Assembly: GCF_001194135.2 (NCBI RefSeq)
Contig: NC_068994.1
Location: 5,169,088-5,231,498, forward strand
Direction: 5' to 3'
Origin: Octopus bimaculoides
Taxonomy: Eukaryota
Length of the DNA stretch: 62,411 bases
The notes beneath the pieces were generated by a model that searched no databases, was not told where the DNA came from, and saw only the letters and a list, made by a program, of their open reading frames with translations. Shown piece after piece: positions 13,916-26,340 of the stretch (positions within the stretch are counted from its first letter, which is position 1; every line of letters begins with the position of its first letter). The translations under genes were made by a program, and so were the position numbers.

Positions 13916-14408
13916 TACCTGGTACAGCTGACACTTTAACCCTTTAGCATTCAGATTACTCTGTCGATGAATAAGTTTTGTAATCTATGGAAAGATTAAT
14001 TATGAATTCAGCTGTCAATATTTTGGTGCATACATGACACACTCTGAAGTTTGTCACTGTTATTATGTTGTTTTATAAACACTTAATATGGTAGTTATGA
14101 TGAACTAAGCACGTGAAAATCAAACTGATGCCTTTGTTTTATGTATTTATTTGGACAACATTATATATTTTGACAATTATATAATGTTATCCAAAAAATT
14201 AAAGAAGGTTCAGAAAATTCACTAAACATTGCACAAAGTAATTTCTTTTTACACATATTAAACCATATTCATACCATCAACCTAAGCCATAACTGGCTCT
14301 TTATGCATGTGTAAACCAGTGCATAGGTGTAATTGTAACAAAAAGACAGAAATGGAGAGAGGCCTTTCTTTCAGTTAGTTTGATAATATAAAAATAGCAT
14401 GTACTTAC

Positions 14409-14900
14409 AGTGGTACTAGTTGGACTGAAGCCATTTAATGCCGCAGTCTGAGGAGACTTGGAGAAGATCTGTCTTCGTTCAGGTGAGTCACTGTAGAATG
14501 CTCTATCCTGAGCGTCAGGCTTGGCATAATGGACAAAATACTGGCAAATGTGGGTGTAAGTATCCCCATCTTTTGAGGGGTCATTGCCATAGACCTCCAA
14601 GCCGTACTCTCCAGGTTCAGGCAGTTTGGCATTGACAGCAACGTTGTTTGCCTCATCTTTGTCACATACAAACTCCTCAAGGTCATCGGGACCTTTCCCC
14701 TGCTTGCGTAGTTTGCAAAGAATGTGGGCAGGGCGAGTCTTCTTGAAGTTGAGCTTCACATTACCATCAGTGGTGGTGACGACAGGGTCTTCATGTGATG
14801 GAATAAGCCCAAGCTGGTCGACTGGAACACTGGGACCCCAGTTGCTGTCTGAGCAAGGTGGCATCGGGGCAGCGTCATCTGAGCATTTATCAGCAATAAC
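14409..14900 (-). CDS. Hillarin/KY-like protein, coding exon 6 (VIADKCSDDAAPMPPCSDSNWGP...LPEPGEYGLEVYGNDP...SPTSTT); last exon found
   Basis: Acceptor ttcttcctag, donor GTAAGT, 492 nt, phase 0 to 0. LPEPGEYGLEVY and HICQY are characteristic of hillarin/KY C-terminal repeats. The six exons total 1503 nt (501 codons), open throughout. Confidence 0.93.
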
Positions 14901-15555
14901 CTAGGAAGAAAAGTCAAAGTCAGTATTATCTTCTTAGAGTGAGATTGAAGAATTACATATATACAATAAAGGTAGGTAAGATTAGAAAAGAAAGGGTAAA
15001 TCTATGTCATATGAGAAGAAGCAAGCTTACAGCATGGACTGTCCCCAGAGGTATCATGGAACTGATTTTGTTGTAATTAGTTATATTGATTACATAATTA
15101 GTTGAGAAGATTTGATATCTATACTTCAAACCAAACTTTTCACCAAACTCTAGTTTTCACAAGTGAATAATTCTTTCATTGTTCAAATTTGCTCTGGCAC
15201 CAGATTGGTAGAACAAGAGAGATTTTGAAGAATTATCAAGAAACATTTAACAAAGAAGCTTTCCATTGCAATGTCTCCCTGAATATTTGAAATTCACTTT
15301 TAATAAGAATATTACTGTTGTCAATAAACATTAAGCTTCACTGACTGAGCCAAGCAGAGACAGGATCAATAATGTACTTTATTTCCAACCACTGTCAACA
15401 ATTATTTCCAACTATTAACAACAGCCAAGAGTTGATGCTGTTGCATATGAAGAGATTTTGAACAAATGGTATGAGTGCCTGGAACTCAAACATATACAGA
15501 AAAAAAAAGGCTTCAACTTGTAGAAATTGAAACAAGGGAAAAACATCTCACACAC

Positions 15556-15608
<53 letters not shown>

Positions 15609-15768
15609 NNNNNNNNNNNNNNNNNNNNNNNNNNNNNNNNNNNNNNNNNNNNNNNNNNNNNNNNNNNNNNNNNNNNNNNGAGGGAGAGAGAGGGAGATAG
15701 AGAGAGAGAGAGGGAGAGAGAGAGAGATAGAGAGAGAGGGAGAGAGAGAGAGATAGAGAGATACCAAC

Positions 15769-16227
15769 CTTATACTCTGCTGATGCAGTGTAGACATTTT
15801 TCACACCAATATCACCAGTGAGAAGTTGAGCGAAAATAGTCAGGTAATAGGAGCCTTGTTTCGGTGCCCGGAAAATGAGAATAACCTGATTGTCATGGGT
15901 GAGTTGCAGGACAAAGTCCTTCATTTTGCGGCCTTTAAAGACTTCTTCTTTGGTGTCAGCATCAATTACTTTGTAACTGAAGGTAGTTGGTTTGATGAAG
16001 CCAACAGCCAGAGACAGGCGGCCTCCAGTCGTTTCAACCACACCCTTTTGGTGAGACTGGAAAAACATGCCACACTTGAAGAAGTAGGATTTGACCAATG
16101 GCAGTTCTTGAAACTCTCCCAGGCTCAGTGGGTGGGTAAGAAGTTGCCATTCAGGCCTGTGGGCCCAGTGACTGTAGATCAGTTGTTCAGGATCAGTCAA
16201 GAAGTAGAAATCATCGTATTCATACAC
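15769..16227 (-). CDS. Hillarin/KY-like protein, coding exon 5 (VYEYDDFYFLTDPEQLIYSHW...SAEYK)
   Basis: Acceptor ttactag, donor GTTGGT, 459 nt, phase 0 to 0. YFLTDP..LI.SH...WQLL..P.SL.EF..LP.VKS.FF is the KY/hillarin post-catalytic motif, followed by a beta-sandwich-like repeat (FRAP..G.Y.LTIFA). Confidence 0.95.
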
Positions 16228-16312
16228 CTAGTAATAATAATAATAATAATAATAAAAAATTCAAATTAGGGCAGGTAATAATAATAAAGTATATTATATA
16301 TAAATAATAAGA

Positions 16313-16344
<32 letters not shown>

Positions 16345-17786
16345 TGGAAAATTTCAAATTTTGGCACAAGGCCAGCAACTTTATGGGGAGAGAGTTCATC
16401 AATTTTATTGACCGCCTGTATTACCTAAGACTGTAAAAACCAGTAAGAAATGCTGCTGAGCATATTGTCCAATGCATTAATGATTCTGCCTCAATGTACA
16501 GACCCAGCTCAGCTTTTGATTCAAAACATTCCAACCGTGACCATCCCATCTCTTTAGGACGCTGTATGAATACATCCTATATTTTTGTGCATGTTTCTAA
16601 TTTCAGATGGCAAGGTGTGATTTTAGGGAGATTTAGCTGCTATTTGTAGCACATTGAGTGACTGTGCATAGGTTCCATAGCAGTTGTTGCAAGGGAGGTA
16701 ATTCCCAGGTTACATATTGACAAAACGCATAAACAATGCAGTTAAGAAGTTTGTTTCGAAACAACGTCGTTTCAGATTCGAACCTGTTGCACAGTGGCTT
16801 GTGAAAGTGTATTTTACTGTAGCATCAGGTTGACAAAAAATATCTCCTGAGTAGAAATTGGTAGGCAAGAAACTGTACGGAAATCATACAGGTGTGTGTG
16901 TGTGTGAGGTTTAGTTGACCAAGTTGACCCCAGTATTTATTTTTTGACGCTTGGTATTTATACTATGCAATCTCTTCCCCCATTAAGTTACAGGAAAGAA
17001 AGAGACCAACACACACACATATATCTAGACACTAGCTTAAAAACCGCCCTATTGGCTCTTTCTGTTGATTGTTTTCAACCATCACCAGTACAACCACCAT
17101 CGCCATCACAACTGCCATACACACACCATTCAGACTTCTGACGCCACCACCATCACCACTGTCTTTCACATTCCTTACTATCACTGTCATGCTTGACCAC
17201 CTCAGCTACCACCACCACCATCATCATCACCGTCACCTCCGCCTCTATCACAACTACAGCTCATACTATCACTATCACCCCATTACCATCTCAACCATCA
17301 ATCTACTACCGCCTTCACCGTCTCTATGGCTACTATTACTCTCACCCCAGCAAGAGGAGTAGAAGAAGTGTCATTGAATAGTGAGAGAGGGGGGACAAAG
17401 TGTGACACACTGACACACTGAAATTCGTTTTGGCATTTATTATTATAAATGACAGGCTTCTGTACAGTTTCTGTCAACCAGACACACACAAGGTATTGGT
17501 TGGCCTTGGGTTATATAGTAGAAAACACTCGTCTAAAACACCAGGCAGACAGTGAAAGTGAAATTGAAACCCTGTGGTTTGAAATGAAAGCTCTCAACCA
17601 CATGGCTATGCCTGCACCTATATTTGTTTATAATTTGTAATATGAAATAAATGTACTGAACTGTTAAAATACAAAATGTTGGCCATATATTTGAACTCAA
17701 TGTCTTTGGATTGGTAGCCCAACAACACTGTATCTAGCCCAGATAATCTACATGTTAATAATGAACAAATTTTATTGATGACTAAC

Positions 17787-17979
17787 CAAGTTTTCTGGTT
17801 CATCTTTATCAGAGACTAAATAACGAGTGGCCCAGTGAGAATCAACAAGATACCAGTTGTTGTCAATGTAGACTGCATTCCAACTGTGATTGTATTCAGT
17901 TCCCTTAAAAACATCTCCTGGACGGTAGTCTAGACCTTTGGCCAGTCCAGTGATCACGACAGAGTACAATCCAGAGTAG
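17787..17979 (-). CDS. Hillarin/KY-like protein, coding exon 4, transglutaminase-like core (GLAKGLDYRPGD...NHSWNAVYIDNNWYLVDSHWA)
   Basis: Acceptor caatttcag, donor GTTAGT, 193 nt, phase 2 to 0. HSWNAV and LVDSHW are the His and Asp motifs of the transglutaminase-like (TGc) fold. Confidence 0.95.
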
Positions 17980-18434
17980 CTGAAATTGAGAGAGAGGAAG
18001 AACATCAGTGCGTGTCAGGTGAAACACATTATATATCATCATCATCGTTCTTTTTAAGGGTTTCAGTCATTGGATTATGGCTATATTGATGCATCGCTAG
18101 CAACGGGTTTAAGCAATTATATTGAACACAGTACTTAGTGAATAGCCAAGTTCACCTATTGATTAACGTCCCTTTGAGGGAACTAATTGTCTTTAAAAAG
18201 TAAATACAAGGAACTATATCAACAGTACACATGCATGTATAAATGATGGGTTTCTTGAGAAACAAACTTCTTATTCAACACAGCCCTGCTTGCATATATA
18301 TGTATGTCTGTGTATACACAATACACACACGCACTAACACAATTATACACTGGTTGTTTACTTATGACAAAGGAAGGCCATCACCTTTGACTCAGCAGAA
18401 CATTGAGAATGTGTGTGTGTGACTCCTATTTTAA

Positions 18435-18655
18435 CCCTTTAGCATTCAAAGAGGCTATATTCAGCCCAATTATTTCATCTGTTTTACATTCAAACTGGCC
18501 AGATCTGGCTTCTCACACCTGCCCTACAATGTCATTCTAATCATAAACAATCCCATCATTGAAATCACAAAGCTACAAGATAATGCATGATTAATTTTGA
18601 TCAATGTGAAAAAAATAAGTATTACAGTTGACCGATTAAACTGAAGGCTAAAGGT
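18435..18655 (+). mobile_element. TTAA-flanked (piggyBac-like) MITE
   Basis: TTAA-CCCTTTAGCATTC...GCTAAAGGT-TTAA; inverted homolog at 43641-43832; related left end at about 13937. Confidence 0.6.
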
Positions 18656-18696
18656 TTAATGTTAAACCACATCAGAAAACAATGGACATCACTTAC

Positions 18697-18843
18697 CCGC
18701 ACATGGTCTCGAAAATGCGAGCATATGTCCCCTTTTTGTCTTTAAATGCTTCCAAAGTTTCTTCAGGACGACCTTTACCTTTTTCATAAGAAGCAAACTT
18801 GATGGTATACATATTCCTGGCCGTCATCCATCGGAAGATCACT
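18697..18843 (-). CDS. Hillarin/KY-like protein, coding exon 3 (VIFRWMTARN...KKGTYARIFETMCG)
   Basis: Acceptor cttcatccag, donor GTAAGT, 147 nt, phase 2 to 2; lies within track ORF 18693-18878. Confidence 0.92.
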
Positions 18844-19204
18844 CTGGATGAAGTATAAAAAAAAAATATTATCAACATTGTTGTTAGTATTAATTGTGTG
18901 ATGAGTAGAAAAAAATGTAAGAGAGTATGGCAGATATCAAGCTTGCAACTGTAGTGGGAAGGAGGGGGTGCAGTGTGGTCACATGGTAGTTCAGCAATGA
19001 TGGAAAGAAAGGGTGAATATGGTGGGGGTCAGTAATTGTTAATAAGAGTGACTACTTGGTAGATAACAGGGTGGGAGGGTATTTTATGTTTAAGGATAGC
19101 AAACATTATAGTACCACCAACATCACATTTATAAGGAAGTGTTGGTGGGAAGGGGTGAGACAGAAGCGGAGATATTCCAGAGCAATAGGGTTCAATAGAT
19201 GAAA

Positions 19205-19570
19205 AAAGTGCCCCTGCTGGTGCCACTTAAAAGCACCTGTGCCTGTACAATGTGAAAGTGCCTGTGCTGGTGCCATGTGAAAGTGTTTGTGCTGGTGCCA
19301 CGCGAAAGTGCCCATGCCGATGCCATGTGAAAGTGTTTGTGCCAGTGACATGTAAGAGTGCTCATGCTGGTGCCATGTGAAAGCACCTAAACTGGTGCCA
19401 TGTTAAAAGCACCCAGTACACCCTGTAAAGTGGTTGGCATTAGGAAGGGCATCCAGCCATAAAAACCATGTGAAAACAGACAAATGGAGCCTGGCCAGAC
19501 TGCTGTCCAGCTCCAGTCAAACTGTCCAACCCATGCCAGCATGGTAAGCGGACATTAAATGATGATGTAT
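19205..19570 (+). mobile_element. RTE 3'UTR/SINE tail with about eight degenerate 25-bp tandem units
   Basis: Repeats of GCTGGTGCCATGTGAAAGTG(TTT/CCT)GT, then AAAGCACCCAGTACAC...AGGAAGGGCATCCAGCC...CCCATGCCAGCATGG...(GAT)n. Confidence 0.8.
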
Positions 19571-19962
19571 GAAGGTCTAGGTTGTTGTGTATTTGTTCAG
19601 TAATTAGTCAGAGACACTGATTTGTCTTTTGTTTTAATTTCTGACTTGTACAAGAGTATATTCCAATACAGAGCCATCATAAAGTATAGAGCTCAGTGCA
19701 CATATCACATGTACTAAAGCCTAGCAGATGGAAACCATGTAGCAGTGTATTACACACATCACATGTAGTGTACTCCAACACAATCTCCCTGTAGTCTTAA
19801 ACACTGCTTCTCAGGTCCACTACACAACCATCATATACCACAGTGTTCATGTTCAATGCATATCAGTCACGTAGGGCAGTCTGTATAACAGATAGTTACT
19901 AAGTAGTGCAAACCAGTACAGTCAACATATAATACAGTCCTGCACAGACATCAGATACCAAC

Positions 19963-20051
19963 CTTGCTTTCTCTAGCTCAGTGTTGAAGCCAGGCTTGAC
20001 AATTAATTCATGCAGGAGTTCATCAAATGTATTGAAGTCCTTTTGGGCGAC
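19963..20051 (-). CDS. Hillarin/KY-like protein, coding exon 2 (VAQKDFNTFDELLHELIVKPGFNTELEKAR)
   Basis: Not in the ORF track; translated by hand. Acceptor taacttcag, donor GTTGGT, 89 nt, phase 0 to 2. ELEKAR joins VIFRW of the next exon, giving the conserved EKARxIFRW motif. Confidence 0.9.
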
Positions 20052-20259
20052 CTGAAGTTAGAGTGGGAAAATAAACATAGTTATAGTAATTGATATCAGG
20101 AGAGATCTATAGAAAAGAATACAGATTTACTTGAAGCAGGTTTATACACATAGAGACACAGATACATGCACACAGATACACACAAATAGACACAGATATA
20201 TGCACAGGTCTAAACAAACACACACAAATAGACAAACAATATTGAAATATGCAACTCAC

Positions 20260-20382
20260 CGCGATGGCATGGCGATCAAGAAACTGGAAGTCATTAGGGT
20301 CCCTGTAGATGTAAAACTTACGGAACCTGGACCTGGTAGGAGGAGCTTTCAAAGGTGCATGTAGAACGTTCTTTTGTTCCAT
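20260..20382 (-). CDS. Hillarin/KY-like transglutaminase-like protein, first coding exon (MEQKNVLHAPLKAPPTRSRFRKFYIYRDPNDFQFLDRHAIA); the full exon probably starts at 20469 with 5'UTR
   Basis: ATG at 20382 in strong Kozak context (CCAACAATGG) with an in-frame upstream TAG at 20437-20439. Acceptor tttccag before 20469. Donor GTGAG after 20260 (phase 0). The PP..K..IY..P.DF..LD.HAI motif is typical of the N-flank of hillarin/KY domains. Confidence 0.8.
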
Positions 20383-20539
20383 TGTTGGGTAGAGAACAGC
20401 AGCCGAAAGAGGGGACAATGGCTGTTGATAGAGCAGCTACCGATTTGAGGAGGAGGTTGTCTCACTTAACTGGAAATATAAACAATAATAATAATGATAA
20501 CAAGAACAATAACTATGAAATTATCATCAACAATAATAA

Positions 20540-21110
20540 TTGTTTCTAGTTTAAGCACAACATCAACAATTTTGAAACGAGAGGGTAAGTTAATTATTAC
20601 ATTGACCCAATTTCATCACTGGTATGACATTTTATCAAGCTTTTAAGGAATGATAAGCCAAATCAATCTTGGCAGGATTTGAACTCACAAAGAAACACTG
20701 CAAGACATTTTGCTGGGCACTTAAATGATTTTGTCAATCTATATTAATATTTCTGATTTATGCTTGAAGCCAACAGTTTTAAGGAGAAGTAGGTGAGTCG
20801 AGACTATTCAGTACTTCACTGGTACTTAATTCATCAACCCCAGGGAGATGAAAGGTAAAGATGACCTTGGCAGAATTCGAACTCACAATGCAAAGAGCCA
20901 AAAGAAACACTGCAAGAATAATTGTTTCTAGAAATTTTGATGGAGGGATTAATCAATTAAATCAATCCCAGTGCAAAGCTGGTAGTTTATTTTATCAACC
21001 CCAAAAAGGGAGAGAGGCAGAATTGACACTGGGAGGATTTGAACACAGAACAGAGTTGGTAGAAAAACTGTAAAGTAATTGATCCAGCATTAATGATTTT
21101 CCCAATCTAA
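20540..21110 (-). mobile_element. Cluster of three degraded SINE copies, same family as 31935
   Basis: Three recurrences of GG(C)AG(G/A)ATT(T/C)GAAC(T/A)CA preceded by TTTATCAA(G/C)C...AAAG. Confidence 0.6.
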
Positions 21111-22342
21111 TAATAATGTATATTGTGTTTTCATAATGAAGTGCCAAATACCTACAAACCTTTAACTAATAATAAGGGTTTAAACTGGTGCTTTATTATA
21201 CCAAACCTGAAAGTATGAAATATGAAGTTGCCCTTAATGAGATTTGAACTTGGAAGGTAAAGAGCCAAAACAAATGCTGCAAAGGCATTTTTTCTGACAC
21301 CCCAGTCATCCTACCTGTTCACCTTTTCTGATATTTTAGAAAATAGTTTTCAGAATAAGTGGAATTGTTTGTAAAAAACAAGCAACCACAGTTTCTGGTT
21401 GCCCAGTTTTAGTTAAAAGGGAACACATAAACAGCAGGAGATGTTTTGTGCAGTGGAAACCGAATCCATATTACTGAATTTCTAAAGGTGAAAAACAGGT
21501 GTGTGTGTGTGTGGGTGGAATGAAAGCATACACAAAGGACTTTGAAAAGTAATTCCCCAATCTACTCTGAGAGACACTGGTTAACAGTGATGAAAAAAAA
21601 ATAAAGGCTGATCAACTGAACGTTATTCATAAGAATCAACAAATTATCTTTTGGTACGTACACGAATCTCAACAGATGATAGCTTTAGAATGAATTGAGA
21701 AATCATTTGAGTATAAGGATTTGCAAAGAGGTCAAGTGAATATGATAAAAAACAATGTCCAACCCATACCAGTAGAGAAGAAATGAACAAAAAAATGATG
21801 ATGTTGTTACTGCTCCTACAAGAATAATTTTATCTGAAATCAAGCAGAAGTGATTAGCTCCATGGGAGTGAAAGAATAAATAGTTGTCATATTCATACCT
21901 TTCCCAAAGGATTAATGGTGCAAATGGGAGCAAAACTTTAAATGTGCCTAACTACCCAGAGTAAAATACCAAAATACAGAATGGAATTAAATCAGAATAT
22001 CTGGAGTTGGTTAGTGAGGGCGAGTGTTAGAGATAGACACAGTTAGATTATACACACTTACATAAATATACATTCAATAGTAGTTAGGCAGAGGAGAGGT
22101 AGTGTTACAGCTATGTTGTTTGGTACATACATACATACAGGCAGACTGTTTAAACATTAACTAGAACAAAAACAGTTGAAAACAACATCAAAAATTTAGT
22201 TAACCGACTTTTTTTTTTATTTCCTCTCTTGGGCGGGGCTGAAGTCTTACTGCTCCCCATTCCTACCTTCTGTTACTGATATCTCCACCCACTTAGGATA
22301 TATATATCACATACAGACACACAAACTCCCTATAATAATATT

Positions 22343-22506
22343 GGCTTTAAATTTTGGCACAAGGCCTAAAATTCCGGGGAGGGTAAGTCGACTACATGGT
22401 ATTTATTTTATCAATCCCAAGAGGATGAAAGGCAATGTCGACCTCAGCAGAATTTGAACTCAGAACGTTCAGACGGACGACGTACTAACGGTTCTGCCAG
22501 CTCGCT
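22343..22506 (-). mobile_element. tRNA-derived SINE, same family as 31935
   Basis: Inverted copy GGCACAAGGCC...GAATTTGAACTCAGAACG...CTGCCAGCTCGC. Confidence 0.75.
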
Positions 22507-22585
22507 ATTATAATATCGAAATGATATTGTATTTTGAGGTGACGTAAATAATGGTAAATGATTTCTAATTGGAATCAAAACATAC

Positions 22586-22707
22586 GCCTGGCCCGCAGCT
22601 CGCTGTTTCTGCTCCTCAACAACACTTATTTGCACTGTCTTCTTAACTGAAGACGGGACCTTTGGTTTAGCTTGCGTAACACTGCCAACAAGATTGTCTA
22701 TGTTCAA
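22586..22707 (-). other. Candidate upstream (probably 5'UTR) exon of the hillarin/KY-like gene
   Basis: Acceptor ggtttcactctag, donor GC|GTATGT, 122 nt of unique sequence with no ATG; one frame is open. Confidence 0.5.
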
Positions 22708-24377
22708 CTAGAGTGAAACCACGTGGTGGTAATAACAGTTTATTCCTTTCTTCTTTTATTTCTGGAATATGCATTATGAATTGCACTGCACCTGACAAAT
22801 GTCACCTGTCTAGACTAACCATCATAAATAGATTTATGACAATAGTGTTGTTATTTTTTCTCTTACAAAGGCATTGAAGATATGTTATGGGAGAGACGGC
22901 GAGAGTTGTGTGGCGTCCATGCTAAAGCATGAATAAAACCTTAAAAGATTACCAAAGTTGGCAATATGTGTATTTACTTCGGGTGGAAAGATGTTAAAAC
23001 CGAAGTTGATTGCTAAAGGAATGATTGCGGTAGCTTAAATACTGAATGAATGTCTAGTTGTTGCTGAGGTTAGCTTTGATCAAGCAGGCTTACGATCAAA
23101 GCTCTCTAGTTTAACGCTGTTTTCCTTTGTTTAGACAATGTACCCAAGCCTACATTGTCTAAAAAGAAGGAAGATGCAATCCGAGGAAGATGCAATCTGA
23201 GGAAGATATGGATGTTATTTTTAGCAGGTCGTTAGATCTGCGCGACACTCCCCTCATTGGCTCGTAAAATATATAGTGTTATTTATTTACAATGCTACAA
23301 CTGCTTAAAAATATATATAAATCTAAAAAGACAGCTCAAATAGATGTAATGAAATATTAAAATATAGTTCAATGTGTGTTTAAAAAAGAGTAAACGATGT
23401 AATTGGTGTGCGGGAAGCCCCGAAGCAAAGTTTAACTGAATAACGTGTTTAAGGAGGAGGTTCGTACAGACGAATACATCTCGATGCTTCGAGGACCGGG
23501 GATAAATGATTAAAGGAAACAACAATGCTGTTTTAACAATATTAATAAATTTTTGTTAAAAAGGGAAATATAAGACAGAGTAGGTGCTGGATTAACGAGA
23601 CACAGCCTGAATAAAATGCCTTACAGTATGTTGTGGTTTCCCCTCTTGATTCCGGGTTCAAATAACGACGGATTCAACGTTGCCTTTCACCCACATCAAG
23701 GGATAAAATAAGTTTCAGTAATATACTAGATGTATTTCAGTTGACAATCCAGATGAACAAATCAGTATAACAGATTAAAATATATTCTATGGTGAAAGTG
23801 AACATAGAAGATTTACGAAACGCTTCTGGCGAAAAAATAGTTCAAGTTTAGGTTTCAGGGGAGATAACTGAGGAGAATTTGAGCATTGCTATCTCAGTTA
23901 TGTCCCTTTATTGATTAGTTGTTATGTCAGCATTGAAGCAGGAAATTTGTATGAAAATCTTCCTAAATAAAAATCGATATTAATCTTTATCCCTGTTCTC
24001 GGCAGTGAAGCAGCCCTAGAATTAGACATAACCTACATAAACTACAACACAGGGTCTCAGATTTACAAGGGTCACGAAATAATTGATAGGCATATGTTCT
24101 CAGTTTTTGTGCGACCTGGTGTATTCTTTCAAAGACAGGGCCTCCGACCATTTGCACAGAATAGAGCCTTACTATGTCTACATGCGGCATTAGAGTGATA
24201 ATTAAGAATATAAGGCATGAAGGTCACAAACCTACATTTTACGGCTGTCAGAAATGTAAGCACTCTCCTCCTCACACTACACACAATCATGAGTGGACAA
24301 AACGAACAATGTGGCACTTGACACGTTTGACAGGCGTTACTTAAATTTTAAATAACAGTTTGACTTATCTTCCCTTT

Positions 24378-24745
24378 TTTTCCTTGTTTCAGTCATTAGA
24401 CTACGGCCATGCTGGAGCACCGCCTTGAATTTTTAGTCGAATGAATCGACCCCCCCCCGTGCTTTCTTTTTAAGCGTGATACTTATTCTATCGGTAACTT
24501 TTGCCAAACCGTTAATGTTACGGGGATGTAAGCAAACCAACACCAGTTGTCAAGCGGTGGTGGGGTTAAACACAAACATCTATCCGACAGGCTTCCTACA
24601 GTTTCCGCCTACCAAAACCACTCACAAGGCTTTGGTCGGCCCGAGGTTATAGCAGATGACCCTTGCCGAATGTGTTACGGATTGGGACTGAGCCTGGGAC
24701 CATGTGGTTGGGAAGCAAACTTCTTACCACAACCATGCCTGCTCC
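24378..24745 (-). mobile_element. SINE, same family as 54881 (CpG-intact copy)
   Basis: Reverse complement contains GTTTGCTTCCCAACCACATGGTCCCAGGCTCAGTCCC...CGGGCCGACCAAAGCCTTGTGAGTGG...CATCCCCGTAAC...GCTCCAGCATGGCCG. Confidence 0.75.
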
Positions 24746-25590
24746 CCCCCACTTATTTTATACAGACACCCACCGAATCTAATGAAAACATACCCACTCT
24801 GAGTTCCATACGAACTGCAATGAAAATCCATAAGAATTGGATCAAATCTATAACTGTACTGATTATGGTATTGTAATTATAAAAATATTTGACTATTTTC
24901 AATGTTGTTTTATGACACTTGTTCACTCATCTCTCTACCCCGCCTCCTCCCTCTTACACCCCGCCCCCATCTTGTTATATCCATGTCATTAAAACTGACA
25001 GATGTAATAATAACATATGTTTTCTTTTTCTTCATTGAAGTGAAAGGTCAGCAATTTTGAAGGGAGTGGGTTAATCGTTACCTTAGCAAGTACTTTGTTT
25101 AATCGACCTTAAAAGAATAAAAAGCGAAGATGACCAAGGCAGAATTTGAACTCAGAACGTAAAGGGCTGCTCAACAGCGCAAATAAGTTTTTGACGCTCT
25201 GGCGATTCACACGCTTCACCAAATAATAATTTTCTTATATATAGTTTTTTACTGATTTTTCTTCATAATCTAAATTTTATTTCTAACATTGCAGTAAAAA
25301 AGAGAGGATAAGTGATAGTTTATGAGCATTAATTATAATGTCAAGAAAAAAAGGCTTTGCTGAATTCAATTTTGACTAAATTATGTCTAGAGCAACCTTT
25401 ACAATAAAGAGCTGTTATTTTGTGTGGTTAGATAAAGGATTACACTAGACAATGACTTTGCGCTTATAATATACATGCACACACACACGTATCATACATA
25501 CGCATTTACTGACATACATCTGAACTTAGATATACGCACGCGCTTTTTATATACTCATGACATGTCACACACGCATAGTGCACTCCCAGG

Positions 25591-25628
<38 letters not shown>

Positions 25629-26276
25629 TGTGTGTGTAACGTATTTGTCAGGGAAAGGGGTTCTATTATCTGTATTGCTTCACCAAGCTGAAGAAACAGG
25701 TTATGTCAATAGTCGGTGGATCAGTCACACACACAATGGAAGACATTGACAAACAGCTTACAGAAGCATCCTTCCAAACAAACACAGACAATGCTATATA
25801 GAAACGCACTTACACATCCACACATAGAAAGACAAATTACAAACGTCGACAAAATCTGACACACACTCCACACTCACACACAGATTTCTTAGAGCAGACA
25901 CATGTACAACTACGTGATAAGCATAGAGTCATACCTAATTTACACACCTACACTCTCCAACCGATAAGTCAAAGCGTCCAGTTCCCGCCTTAACTTACAA
26001 CAAACTTTCCTCATTTAAAAAGAAAATTTTTTTCTCAGTTTATATAAATGGAAATTTCATTGTGGATAGAGATACTACATGAAAGAGAAGAAAAAATTAG
26101 GATATCAACCGTAGACAGAACCGTTACTTTCATATCGTTCTTTTTCACAATACAGAGTACTTTAAGTCAGCTAAAAAGTTGGAGCTCCTCATGTTCGCCT
26201 TCGTTCAACTGTAACACATCTAAGATAGGCGAATTCAGGCGATTGATATTGTATCTTCCTAGTGTAGTCCTCAGTA

Positions 26277-26318
<42 letters not shown>

Positions 26319-26340
26319 TCTCTCTCACACACACACACAT

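Noticed and set aside
23988-24200. About 70 open codons on the plus strand (PVLGSEAALELDITYINY...)
   Set aside because: No start or splice support and no recognisable homology.
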